The notes under the pieces are model-generated. The model was not told where the DNA came from. It worked only from the letters and a program-made list of their open reading frames with translations, and ran no database searches. A stretch of DNA of 64,000 nucleotides, from positions 1 to 64,000 of the forward strand of contig CAVXWP010000014.1 of assembly GCA_963765495.1 (NCBI GenBank), in the 5' to 3' direction. Shown here in pieces: positions 51,792 to 61,692 of the stretch. Each line of letters starts with the position of its first letter. The stretch's first letter is position 1. Origin of the DNA: Blastocatellia bacterium. GTDB taxonomy: Bacteria > Acidobacteriota > Blastocatellia > UBA7656. Position numbers and translations under genes: made by a program.

Positions 51792-52613
51792 CTTTTTTAT
51801 CTCCTTTTAGAATCATATTCACATCAAATTTTCATACTCTCTCCCCAATCTGCCGAAGATAACTGCGCGGCCACGTGCCGCGATAGCTATGCCCCACCCT
51901 TATTTAATAGCGAGACCGATTGATCTGCTGTCTTGCGACAATATTAATGTGATTCGAAAACTCAAAGCGCCTTTGATTATTCAGCACCTCAACCGGCAAG
52001 AACGATGGGGTTGGCAGAACCGGGTTTAAGGCCTGGTTCTCTCTTGAGGCGATTCATGGCTTTTAAACCATAATTTCGTTCTGAAAGAGTTGGTAGCCAA
52101 CAGCGAGTATAGCAACTAATCTGCGCTTTGCAACTTGTTTCAGATTTCAGAAATCCGCGCTACTATCGTCAGTTCAATCTGCCTGTGTAAAGGGTTAGCA
52201 TTGGTTAAAGCGCACTCCATGCATAGTATTTTTTCATACTATACTCCCGGAGTAATCCGCATTGGACTCTGGCCGCGAATTATCGGGGATTTGCGCGAAT
52301 TGCTCGTCTATATCTTCAATAAACGCGGGGCTATCTTTCTGATAAACCAAAATGGAGGCCGCTCTAAAATCACAGGTGTCTTTGTCATGCCCGAATTTCG
52401 ATTTGCTACTTCTTGAGCCATCCGAGCAACCCGTGCCGGGTGTCTTGTGGTAGAGGCAGCCGATTGTATCGGTCAGAGGTATCTCTTTCGGGCGGGCCTT
52501 GACGCGATTTCGCGCGTTGTCGCAGTAGAGGTTCACGGCTATCATCAGCCCATTTCAGGTGAGCAAAGCGGTCATGGTATAAGGTGGCGATTACAAGAGG
52601 CAAATAAAGACAA

Positions 52614-52678
52614 TTGACGCTCCATTGCTTAGGCAGTAGAATCTCCGTTGACAGGCCAAATCTCCAAATTTATATAAT
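52614..52678 (+). promoter_or_regulatory. Tandem sigma70-type promoters of the hybrid kinase
   Basis: TTGACG-17 bp-TAGAAT (52614-52642), and TTGACA (52648) followed by TATATAAT at 52671-52678. Confidence 0.5.
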
Positions 52679-52702
52679 TTACAGCCTCCCGAGAAGATTG
52701 AC

Positions 52703-55700
52703 ATGCAAACAGCCAGAAGAGACAGAATGAGAGATATCTTTGACGAGGTTGCTCGCGGAAGCGATCTTGATCGCACTCTTGGTCTTATTGCCGATCAGAT
52801 AGCCGCAGACCTCGGCGCGCCTACCTGCAAAATATGGGTAGTCAAGCGGGGTGATATTTGCAGACGTTGCCCGCTTGCCGATTCGTGCCCCAATCGCCAG
52901 ATGTGCATGCATCTGATCGCGGCAAGCGGGGCCGCGATAGACAAAGAATATTCGCGCATACCGCTGTCAATCTTCAACGCGTCTTTGATTGCGCGCGGCG
53001 GGACTTCCGATTTCAGCGATCCAAACGACGGAGGCGAAAAGCTCTTTGGTCTCCAGCACGGAGCGCAAAATGGGGGCCGCGATTGCTATGCGCTTTATCC
53101 GCTCAAGAGCGCATCGGGAACGGTCGGCCTGATCGGAGTGTTCAACCACCGACTCATCACACCGGAAGAGATGTACGCGCTCGCTCAGATGGCTCCTGTG
53201 GCGGTGGCGGCCATTCGCGTGGCAGAGCTTGTAAGCAGATCGGATTCGCTTCGCTATCGCCTCGAACACAAACCCGCTTCCGCCTCCGATGAACATCCGT
53301 TGTCTGCCCGGGAGGGAGAGCTTGAAGAAGCGGTCGCTCAACTGACCAGACAGGTGGCGCAATTGCAGGTCGAACGCGATTCGCTGCTCCGCAAAGATGG
53401 AGAAGCCGACAGCCACCCGCTGCAACTCGAATCCGAAAACCGACTGCTGCGCGAGCGTCTCGATTCGATTGAAGCGAAAGGGCAGGAGATCAACCTCACG
53501 CACGCGAAACTCGCCGACGAGATCGAGACCGAGCGCACCCGCGTCGCCGAAGAGACCGCATCGCTCAAGTCTCGCTTCGCAACCCTTGAACAAGAGATGG
53601 AGCGTCTCGGCGAACTCCGCAATGCTTTGACGAAAGAACTCTCCGAACGCGACCAGGTCATCGAAGAGTTGAGGGCGGGTCTTGCGGCCGCGCATCAAAG
53701 GGAAGAATCTCAAAATAGCTCTATATCCGCATTCGAGCAACAAGTCGCTGCGCTCGAAGAGGCGAACGCAAGTTTGCGCGAGCAGAACACGGCCATCGGC
53801 GACAGCATTGACGATCTGGAGCGCTCATTGCGCATAGCCGAAGATGTGAGGTCGCGGTTGGAGCAAGACCGCGTGGCGCTCGAACAGCGTAACACGGAAA
53901 TGTCGGAGGCGACCGACAGTGTGCGCAAGGAGATCAGCCGCGTGAGCGCCGAAGCCGAACAGCTTGCGGCTGAACATGCAAGACTGCTCGATGAAAATGC
54001 AAGGCTTACTTCCGAATCGGAACAGTCGCGGGGCGACATTCAAACTAATTCCACCCGCATCTCCGAGCTTGAACAGGAGAACGCGGCATTGATTGAGGTC
54101 AACAAACAGCTTGAAGCCGCTGCCGCGCAGTTCGAATCGCTCACGGCCAGGCTCGAAGAAAGCGCGACCAGACTGAGCGATCAGGTCGCCTCCGAAAGCC
54201 AGGCTCGCGCTGCGCTCGCCGAGCACAGCCAGACGCTCGCGGAAGAAAACCTCCGACTGAAACGAGAGGGCCAGTCAAAGGCGCTCCTTTTTGCCAACCT
54301 CTCTCACGAATTTCGCACTCCCATGAACGCCATAATCGGGTTCACCTCCATGATTATGGAAGACCGGGCGCTCCTGCTTTCTGATCGCCATCGCAGCAAT
54401 CTGGATCGCGTTTATTCGAACGCCCGAGACCTGCTCGAACTCATCAACAACGTGCTCGATCTGTCGAAGATCGAAGCCGGACGCATGGATGTTTATTCGG
54501 AACCGGCAGACGCGCGCGATCTTATCGAGCGCTCGCTCGGAGTGGTCGAACCGCTTGTCGCAGGCCGCGCGCTCAAACTCTCGATGGAAATCGCCGACGA
54601 TCTGCCCAAAATGCGCACGGATCGGATGAAGCTACAGCAGATATTCATCAATCTGCTTTCGAATGCCATAAAATTCACTCCCGAAGGCCAAGTGAAAGTC
54701 ACGGCCGCGCGCGAAGGCACGGACCGCGTTCGTTTGAGCGTGAGCGACACGGGCATCGGCATAGCCGAATCCGACATCCCGAAGATATTCGAGGAATTCC
54801 GTCAGATCGGCGCTCATAATCAGGCGCGCGGTACGGGGACCGGGCTCGGGCTTGCCATCACTCGCCGTCTCGTAGAATTGCTCGAAGGTGAAATAGCCGT
54901 ATCGAGCCGCCCAAACGAAGGCTCCGTATTCACCGTCACTTTGCCCATAGAGATCGAAAGCCGCGTGACCGATACATCCGCACTTGCGGCTTTGCCCTCA
55001 GACCCCGACCGCACCGCGCTTGTGATCGACGCCGACCCGGCTTCGCTCTATCTGACAAGAAAGTATCTCTCCGAAGAATCCTACTCGGTCGCCGTCTCTG
55101 AAGATGCGAATCGCGGGATCGAGATAGCGCGGCTCGCGCAGCCGTCTCTCATCACCGTGGACCTGGATTCGCTTGAAGACGGGCCGGGCATCATCCGTAA
55201 GATCGCGGGCGACCGAAAGGCGGGTCTGCTGATTGCCATTTCGTCAAATGAGTCGGCCAAATTTCGCGCCATCGAGGCCGGTGCCGATCTCTTCCTGCTC
55301 AAACCCGTCGAACGCGAGGAGTTGATTAAAGCTTTAGAACAGACATCCGCAACCGCGCAAACGGGTGGGCGGGTGCTCATCGTAGACGACGACCCCGACG
55401 CGCTCAATCTCGCTGTGGAGATGATCGAAGGGAGCGGATATGAAATCCTCAAAGCGACAGGCGGACGCGAAGCCCTCGAAATGATCGCGGGTGCGCGGCC
55501 CGATGTCATCATACTCGACCTGACGATGCCTGAGATGGACGGGTTCGAAGTGGCGCACCGACTAAGCCTGAACGCCGACTGGCGCGATATTCCTATCATA
55601 CTGCTCACGGCGCGCGACCTTTCGCACGATGAGCGCCGCGCACTTGGCGCAAACACCATGAGCACAATTCAGAAAGGCCGCTTCAGCCGAAAAGAATTGC

Positions 55701-55777
55701 TGGCTGAGATCAAAAAGGCGTTGAGCGCGACATCAGAAAAGGCGGGCAAACGGAGAGGCGCAGAGGCCGAAGGATAG
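52703..55777 (+). CDS. Hybrid histidine kinase: Cys-cluster GAF, long coiled coil, HK and two REC domains
   Basis: CRRCPLADSCPNRQMCMH, a heptad-rich E/L/R region, SHEFRTPM, GTGLGL and DVIILDLTMP. Confidence 0.9.
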   Translation: MQTARRDRMRDIFDEVARGSDLDRTLGLIADQIAADLGAPTCKIWVVKRGDICRRCPLADSCPNRQMCMHLIAASGAAIDKEYSRIPLSIFNASLIARGGTSDFSDPNDGGEKLFGLQHGAQNGGRDCYALYPLKSASGTVGLIGVFNHRLITPEEMYALAQMAPVAVAAIRVAELVSRSDSLRYRLEHKPASASDEHPLSAREGELEEAVAQLTRQVAQLQVERDSLLRKDGEADSHPLQLESENRLLRERLDSIEAKGQEINLTHAKLADEIETERTRVAEETASLKSRFATLEQEMERLGELRNALTKELSERDQVIEELRAGLAAAHQREESQNSSISAFEQQVAALEEANASLREQNTAIGDSIDDLERSLRIAEDVRSRLEQDRVALEQRNTEMSEATDSVRKEISRVSAEAEQLAAEHARLLDENARLTSESEQSRGDIQTNSTRISELEQENAALIEVNKQLEAAAAQFESLTARLEESATRLSDQVASESQARAALAEHSQTLAEENLRLKREGQSKALLFANLSHEFRTPMNAIIGFTSMIMEDRALLLSDRHRSNLDRVYSNARDLLELINNVLDLSKIEAGRMDVYSEPADARDLIERSLGVVEPLVAGRALKLSMEIADDLPKMRTDRMKLQQIFINLLSNAIKFTPEGQVKVTAAREGTDRVRLSVSDTGIGIAESDIPKIFEEFRQIGAHNQARGTGTGLGLAITRRLVELLEGEIAVSSRPNEGSVFTVTLPIEIESRVTDTSALAALPSDPDRTALVIDADPASLYLTRKYLSEESYSVAVSEDANRGIEIARLAQPSLITVDLDSLEDGPGIIRKIAGDRKAGLLIAISSNESAKFRAIEAGADLFLLKPVEREELIKALEQTSATAQTGGRVLIVDDDPDALNLAVEMIEGSGYEILKATGGREALEMIAGARPDVIILDLTMPEMDGFEVAHRLSLNADWRDIPIILLTARDLSHDERRALGANTMSTIQKGRFSRKELLAEIKKALSATSEKAGKRRGAEAEG

Positions 55778-55847
55778 AGGAAGGACGTCACATCCGGCGC
55801 GTGCCGGGGTGATTTGATTGCGTCCGCGCCTCTCCGAGGTCTAGCCA

Positions 55848-56168
55848 TCAATCACGATCCTGACGGTCGTGAGTCTGGCGATAAATATTGCGGTTCGAGC
55901 GATCAAGCATGTGGTCGAGGCGGCGGCGCTCGCGGAAAGTCACGCGCCCGTCAGACCTTGCGTATCTCTCATATCCTCTGATTCTTGCCTGCTCGGCTCC
56001 GAGCCGCGCAGCCTCGCGTCGGGTAAGCTCTCCGTCGCGAATCCCATGACGTATTCTGTGAACCTGACGGTGCTCGCGTCTGTTTACGACCGGCGTCTGC
56101 GCCATCGAAATTACGCTTGAGCCTAATACGAAAGCGCCCAGTAAAAAAATGCCGACAAGTCTCTTCAT
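55848..56168 (-). CDS. Small secreted Arg-rich repeat protein
   Basis: Signal peptide ending SMAQ, GIRDGELTRREAARL and SDGRVTFRERRRL. Confidence 0.7.
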   Translation of the reverse strand: MKRLVGIFLLGAFVLGSSVISMAQTPVVNRREHRQVHRIRHGIRDGELTRREAARLGAEQARIRGYERYARSDGRVTFRERRRLDHMLDRSNRNIYRQTHDRQDRD

Positions 56169-56328
56169 GTTTTCTCCCTTTCCCATCCGCCCTCGAAACA
56201 ATTCCGACTACATTGAATAAGACAGACGCCTGCGCTGAAAGGTTTGAAAATCTCTGAGAGGTTGATAATTCAGATGGAATTACGGAGGCCCAGGTTGCTG
56301 GCAAATTTGAGATGAGGGCTTGCTCTAA

Positions 56329-56904
56329 TTTCTGGCGCTGTCAACTCGTTCACATTACGCCAATCCGAACTGGTTTGCAGCCACTTGTGAATATTTTGAA
56401 CGTTCAATCAAAAGCTATGCAAACGAAGAAAACGTTTTCCAATATGCAGTGTTCTTACAGAATCACAATAAATTTAACGAGGCTGAAACATACTATCAAC
56501 GATGCGTGAAAGGATTTGGTCAGGAGATTTCTATAGATTTCAAAGCAACGACGTTAAACAATTTAGCGGTCTTGCACAGCGATAAAAACGAGTATGAGCA
56601 AGCGCAGAATGAATATGAAGAGGCGTTGACAATATATCGCCAGTTAGCGGAGGTGAATCCGGCAAGCTATCTGCCTGATGTGGCAATAACGCTGATAAAT
56701 CTTTCTATTTTTTATCTTCAATCCAAGCCACATCAAGAAGAGTCTATTAAATTCGTATTGGAGGCAATACGGATTCTTTTGCCAATCGTTGAGCGTATTC
56801 CTTATACACAGCCTTATCTGCAAACAGCGAAGGCTATTATGAAAGCATGGGGCTTGAGCGATGAAGAAATCCGGCTTTTGATTGAGAACAAACAGGAAAT
56901 GTAG
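56329..56904 (+). pseudogene. AT-rich TPR-protein 3' fragment
   Basis: ATTLNNLAVLH..NEYEQA..EYEEALTIYRQLAEVNP..YLPDVA repeat. Protein-like sequence continues upstream of GTG 56449 to a stop with no proper start or RBS. Confidence 0.6.
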
Positions 56905-56937
56905 TGAGAAGAATATCCCTCCAGCGATAGAGCGTAT

Positions 56938-57771
56938 TCATCGGCGGAACAACAAAGAGATAGTCATCACAAGCCCGATCACTACTACCGCGCGGCGAAC
57001 GAAACGCGGCCCGAGCATTTGCGCAAGCCCCGCTCCGCCGTAGCCTCCGGCAATCGCGCCCACGGCCATAATGAGAGCATCCGCCCAGTTGACGCTGCCT
57101 GACAGGCTGAAATAAACGGCGGCGATCCCGTTGATCGAAAGCCCGAGGAAATTCTTTAATCCGTTCATCTGATGAATGTTCGTAAAGCCGAGCAGACCCA
57201 TCGCGGCGAGCATCAGTATGCCTGCGCCCGCGCCGAAATACCCGACATAGATCGCCACGAAAAACTGAAACACAATCGCGCCTATCCACCAGCTTGTGCG
57301 AGGGTCGCCCTCCCGCTGATCTGCCTGCGAGTCCGAGGTCTTTCTATCGCGGCGGCGCAGCATCTTATTTACAGGCTCTCCGGCGGCAAACAACACGGTG
57401 GCAAAGAGAATCAGATAGGGAATTATCACGGCAAATGTCTGCGAAGGCGTGCGCAAAAGCAGATAAGCGCCGACTATGCCGCCCACGATTGAAGGCGCGC
57501 CGAGCATAATCATCCATTTACGGCTGCCGACCAGTTCCCGGCGATAGCCGATCATTCCCCCGATTGACGCGGGTATAAGCCCGAGCGTGCTTGTTATGTT
57601 GGCTACTATGGGGTCGCGGCCCATCCACAGCAATGTGGGAAAGGTGAGCAGAGTGCCGCCGCCCGCGACCGCGTTCATCATCCCGGCGACGAAGGCGGAA
57701 AAGAAGATGGCCAGCACGGAAAAAATTGAAGTGTAGGGCAAAAAGGCAAACAGAAGAGTAGCCGCTATCAT
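56938..57771 (-). CDS. TauE/SafE (TSUP) family membrane transporter
   Basis: NAVAGGGTLLTFP and YVGYFGAGAG, with many TM helices. Confidence 0.9.
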   Translation of the reverse strand: MIAATLLFAFLPYTSIFSVLAIFFSAFVAGMMNAVAGGGTLLTFPTLLWMGRDPIVANITSTLGLIPASIGGMIGYRRELVGSRKWMIMLGAPSIVGGIVGAYLLLRTPSQTFAVIIPYLILFATVLFAAGEPVNKMLRRRDRKTSDSQADQREGDPRTSWWIGAIVFQFFVAIYVGYFGAGAGILMLAAMGLLGFTNIHQMNGLKNFLGLSINGIAAVYFSLSGSVNWADALIMAVGAIAGGYGGAGLAQMLGPRFVRRAVVVIGLVMTISLLFRR

Positions 57772-57785
57772 TATGCTCTTGTCCT

Positions 57786-59000
57786 TTACGTTGCGGCTTC
57801 GTTCAAATAGCGGCGCGCGACGCGAGTCATAATCTCGACGCCCAGTTCGAGCGCCGATTCGTCAATGTCGAATCGCGCAGAGTGATGAGGGTGCACCAGC
57901 CCGCGCTCATCGTTTCGCGTGCCGAGGAAAAAATAACAGCCCGGTACTCGTTCAAGGAAATAACACATATCTTCGCCGCCCATTGTGCGCTCGTCGATCA
58001 CTATATTGTCGGGGCCTACGACTTCGGCGGCGCAATCGGCTACGAGGCTGCACATCTCTTGATTGTTGACAAGCGGCAGGGTATGTCTTATGTAGTCAAA
58101 TTCATAAGTCGCGCCCATACTCGCGCAGACACCGCGAATCACGCGCTCGATCATCTCGGGGATAGTCGCATGAGTCTCTCGATTAAAGGTGCGTACGGTT
58201 CCCCGCAGAGTAGCCGTGTCGGCTATCACGTTAAAGGCCGAGCCCGCGAAGAATTTGCCTACGGTCACGACCGCCGGATCAAGCGGCGAAATATTGCGGC
58301 TCACGACCGTCTGAAGCGCGATCACGATTTGAGCGGCGGTAACGATTGTGTCAACGGTCTGTTGCGGCATAGCGCCGTGGCCTCCTCTGCCGTGAACGGT
58401 CAACTCGAATTCGTCTACGGCGGCCATCATCGCGCCCGTGTAAACGCCGACCTTGCCTACGGGCAGGTTGTTCCAGACGTGGAGTCCGACCGTAGCCGAA
58501 ACCTGGGGGCTTTCCAGCACGCCGTCTTCGATCATAGCGACCGCGCCCTTGCCGCCTTCTTCGGCCGGTTGGAAGGCAAACTTGATATTGCCGCCCAGTT
58601 GATCGCGCTCGCCGATAAGACGCCTTGCGACAGCCAGCCCGATTGCCACGTGCGCATCATGACCGCAGGCGTGCATTACCCCGTCGTTTTGCGAGCGGTA
58701 TTCAACGTTGTTCTCTTCATACACGGGAAGCGCATCCATGTCGGCGCGATAGAGCAATGTGCGAGGCGCAGTCTGTTTTGCCCCGCCCATTTTATCGCTC
58801 GCTTTGAGCAATCCGACAACGCCTGTTTTCCCGACCTCGCTCTCGACCTCATAGCCGTACTCGCCCAAACGGTCGGCGATGGTGCGCGCCGTGAGTTGTT
58901 CGTTGTATGCCAGTTCAGGATGCCTGTGAAAATAGCGACGGTCGGCTATTAGTTGTTCAATCTCCGTCTGCTCAAGCGAGGTTGCGAAATTATCAGCCAT
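57786..59000 (-). CDS. M20-family amidohydrolase (cytoplasmic)
   Basis: HRHPEL, RADMDALP, MHACGHD, FQPAEE and GGED. Confidence 0.92.
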   Translation of the reverse strand: MADNFATSLEQTEIEQLIADRRYFHRHPELAYNEQLTARTIADRLGEYGYEVESEVGKTGVVGLLKASDKMGGAKQTAPRTLLYRADMDALPVYEENNVEYRSQNDGVMHACGHDAHVAIGLAVARRLIGERDQLGGNIKFAFQPAEEGGKGAVAMIEDGVLESPQVSATVGLHVWNNLPVGKVGVYTGAMMAAVDEFELTVHGRGGHGAMPQQTVDTIVTAAQIVIALQTVVSRNISPLDPAVVTVGKFFAGSAFNVIADTATLRGTVRTFNRETHATIPEMIERVIRGVCASMGATYEFDYIRHTLPLVNNQEMCSLVADCAAEVVGPDNIVIDERTMGGEDMCYFLERVPGCYFFLGTRNDERGLVHPHHSARFDIDESALELGVEIMTRVARRYLNEAAT

Positions 59001-59044
59001 AAGTTTCTCCTAAATCAGTGGTCAGTGGTCAGCGCGAATCAGAT

Positions 59045-59262
59045 CAGCAATTCCCGGTCAGGCTGTAAGTTGATGAAATCAAAAGAGGAAGCGAAAAAGA
59101 TAATTGCGAAAGTAAATTCTGTTGTACCAACAGTTATAGCAAAATCGGATAGATGTAATCGGTGTTTTGCGCTAAGTGCTGTGATTGCCTTAATTACAAC
59201 GCAATTTCACGATTTCTAATCTCCTTTGTTCGCTTCAATTCCGGTCTAACCGGGAATCGCTG
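59045..59262. mobile_element. MITE-like non-autonomous element (~218 bp)
   Basis: 19 bp terminal inverted repeats (16/19 match) flanked by GAATCAGAT/GAAACAGAT, with an AT-rich interior. Confidence 0.6.
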
Positions 59263-59266
59263 GAAA

Positions 59267-59314
59267 CAGATCCGCGTAAATCCGTCGCATCCGTCGCATC
59301 CGGGGCCTATTCCC
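59267..59314. repeat. CGGAT/ATCCG family repeat, copy 4 (right arm only)
   Basis: cagatccgcgtaaatccgtcgcatccgtcgcatccggggcctattccc. Confidence 0.8.
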
Positions 59315-59395
59315 ATTTACCAATCTGGGGATTCCGGTTTAATCAGAATCTTTACTCGACTCGCCACTGACCACTGACCACTGCTCACTGCCTGC

Positions 59396-60538
59396 TTACC
59401 TTATCCGGTCAAGGCCGTGTGCGTCATCAGGCGAGGCCGGTTCGTTTTCGGCGGCGCGTTTGTGCTCATCGGTCAGCAACTTCATCATCTCTTCGCGGCG
59501 CTCATAGAGTCGCTTGAGCCTTCTGGGTTTGTGGCGGGCAAGCGCGTAAGCTGTGATTATGGGCAGCGCAATCGTCGAGTCGAGATAACAGACCACCGCG
59601 TCGGGCAGGCGGTCGGGATCAATCTTGCCCCAGCTCACGGCTTCCGAAGGCGAGGCCCCCGACAGACCTCCTGTGTCGGGGCGAGCGTCTGTCACCTGTA
59701 AAAAGTAGTCGTGACCTTTCTCTTCGATCTTCAGCACTTCCTGAATCTGCGGCTCGGTCTGGAGCAGGAAGTTTTTCGGGCTTCCGCCGCCGAGGATAAA
59801 GACGGCCGACTTGCCGCCTCCGCGCTTTGCGGCGAGCACTATGGAGGCGGTTTCGTTCACATCCGCCGTCACATCATAACGGAGCCTGTTTCCTGTGAGC
59901 GCCTTTGCGGCCACGTTCATGCCGATGGAACTGTCGCCCGGCGATGATGTGTATATCGGCACGGCGGCTTCGTATGCCGCGGCCAGCACGCTCTTGCGCC
60001 CGATATTCAGGACGCGCTCGCGCTCGGCAATGTATTTGCCCGCGAGATAGTGAAATTCCGCCGTGCTCATATCGCGCTGAAACTCCGCGCCCTCGATCAT
60101 CTTGCGATAAAAAGAGTCGGTCGAAAGCAGCACGTCATAATCGAAGAATATGTCATAAATGCGGACTACGCCTTCTTCGCGCAACACTACGTCGGAGATT
60201 TGCGGATTGCCTCGATGCATACGAAGACCTATGCCGAAGTGTGTATCGTGATAAAGATTCGCGCCGGTCGAGACTATCCAGTCAACAAAGCCGTTTTCGA
60301 TAAGCGGAATTACAGATGACATTCCAAGCCCGGCAGGCGTAAGCGCGCCGGTCAGGCTCATCCCTATCGTCACATCGTCTTCGAGCATCTTCTCTGCGAA
60401 TAGCTGACAGCCCTCGCGCAGTCGGGCCGCGTTGTATGCGAGGAAGGCCGACTCTACAAGCTCGGCCACGCTCATCTCTCCGGTTACAGGTTGCGGGTCT
60501 ATCGCGGACCCGCCTAGAAAATTGTGTCTGTTCGCCAT
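59396..60538 (-). CDS. Deoxyhypusine synthase-like protein (SpeY-like, homospermidine biosynthesis)
   Basis: [27 protein letters not shown] and [18 protein letters not shown] with the catalytic Lys. Confidence 0.88.
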   Translation of the reverse strand: MANRHNFLGGSAIDPQPVTGEMSVAELVESAFLAYNAARLREGCQLFAEKMLEDDVTIGMSLTGALTPAGLGMSSVIPLIENGFVDWIVSTGANLYHDTHFGIGLRMHRGNPQISDVVLREEGVVRIYDIFFDYDVLLSTDSFYRKMIEGAEFQRDMSTAEFHYLAGKYIAERERVLNIGRKSVLAAAYEAAVPIYTSSPGDSSIGMNVAAKALTGNRLRYDVTADVNETASIVLAAKRGGGKSAVFILGGGSPKNFLLQTEPQIQEVLKIEEKGHDYFLQVTDARPDTGGLSGASPSEAVSWGKIDPDRLPDAVVCYLDSTIALPIITAYALARHKPRRLKRLYERREEMMKLLTDEHKRAAENEPASPDDAHGLDRIR

Positions 60539-60618
60539 CTTTACCTCAAATTAATAACCTCGATTTTTTTGACAGGGTTTACCTGATTTCTGTCAAATTC
60601 TTTTTCACCTGTCGCGCT

Positions 60619-61038
60619 TCACTCGGCAAGGTAAGGCGTGAGCCGCTCGATTATTTCAGCCGGTATAGGCATGGATTTGAAAGTAGAGCGACCGACACAG
60701 GCGAGCACTACGTGGCCGTCGGCAACCAGACCGCTCTCGCCTTTTCTGGTCACTTCAAACCGAAGTGTCAGCGATTTTGTGCCGAACCGCCCGACATATG
60801 CCGATACTTCTATCAGGTCGTCGAGAACCAGAGGCTTGCGAAAATCGAAATGGATTTGAACTCTCGGAAGCCAGATATCGAGACGGTCGAAGACCTCGGA
60901 GTAAGGCAGCCCCACAGCGCGGAACAACTCCGTCTCTGCGATTTCGAAAAATCTGAGGAACTGGCCGTAATAAATTATCCCCGCTCGATCCACATCCGAC
61001 CATCTGACCGGCTCTTCGATTGTAAACCGTTTGTGCAT
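60619..61038 (-). CDS. Acyl-CoA thioesterase (4HBT/YbgC hotdog fold)
   Basis: VRWSDVDRAGIIYYGQFLRFFE. Confidence 0.88.
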   Translation of the reverse strand: MHKRFTIEEPVRWSDVDRAGIIYYGQFLRFFEIAETELFRAVGLPYSEVFDRLDIWLPRVQIHFDFRKPLVLDDLIEVSAYVGRFGTKSLTLRFEVTRKGESGLVADGHVVLACVGRSTFKSMPIPAEIIERLTPYLAE

Positions 61039-61175
61039 ATTCAACCTTTCGGGTGACATTCGATTGTAGACAATCGAAAACCGCTTGTCATCTCAGGTCT
61101 TCGCGCGTCTGTGATATTATTCATCCCCGGTCGCCTTCAAGCAGCCGAAAAGCGCTTTTAGGACATCTAAAAATC

Positions 61176-61667
61176 GTGAAACGAACAGTGCAAATCACAG
61201 GGCTTGTGATCGCGCTCCTGTACGCGGCAAGCATAATCTGGCTTTATGTGCGCCAGCCGCGCACATTTGAAGAACTCAAGACTCAGGCGGCGGTCGAAAC
61301 CAGCGTCTATCGAGTCAAGCAGGAAAACTTCGATGAGGCCCTCAGACAATTTAACGCGGGCCAGTACCAGGTTGCTATCGCGCAGTTTGAACTGGCCGAC
61401 CCTGCGCGCCTCGACCCTCAGACGCAGTTCTATATCGCTTATTCTTATTACAAACTCGGAGGAGGCACCGTTTACGACGACGATGAGATGTTTAAGAAGG
61501 GGCTTGAAGCCGTAGATCAGTGTCTGCGTGTTGCGCCTAACAATATATTCGAGATAGACCGAACGGACCTTGAGATACGAAGCGCCGGAGTCTTGCGCGA
61601 GCGGTTTCAAGAAGGGCTGAAAGTATCGCCTTCGGATTTCAATCCGCTCAACTGGTTCAAGAGATGA
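61176..61667 (+). CDS. Membrane-anchored TPR-like hypothetical protein
   Basis: N-terminal TM and a TPR-like pattern GQYQVAIAQFELA...FYIAYSYY. Confidence 0.6.
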   Translation: MKRTVQITGLVIALLYAASIIWLYVRQPRTFEELKTQAAVETSVYRVKQENFDEALRQFNAGQYQVAIAQFELADPARLDPQTQFYIAYSYYKLGGGTVYDDDEMFKKGLEAVDQCLRVAPNNIFEIDRTDLEIRSAGVLRERFQEGLKVSPSDFNPLNWFKR

Positions 61668-61692
61668 AAGGCAGGCCCGGAGACTGATTCGA

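Larger units (their letters stand above)
59016..59390. repeat. Inverted heptamer arms (CAGTGGT)n/(ACCACTG)n bracketing the whole intergenic region
   Basis: cagtggtcagtggtcag at 59016-59032 and ccactgaccactgaccactg at 59364-59383. Confidence 0.75.

Noticed and set aside
52135-52603. Short overlapping ORFs (65-103 aa), including a possible Sec read-through at MTALLT*
   Set aside because: The frames conflict, there is no RBS or SECIS-like hairpin, and no family motif; at best a decayed fragment
57882-58952. 356 aa plus-strand ORF (similarly 33388-34296 and 36175-37197)
   Set aside because: These are antisense shadows of well-supported minus-strand genes
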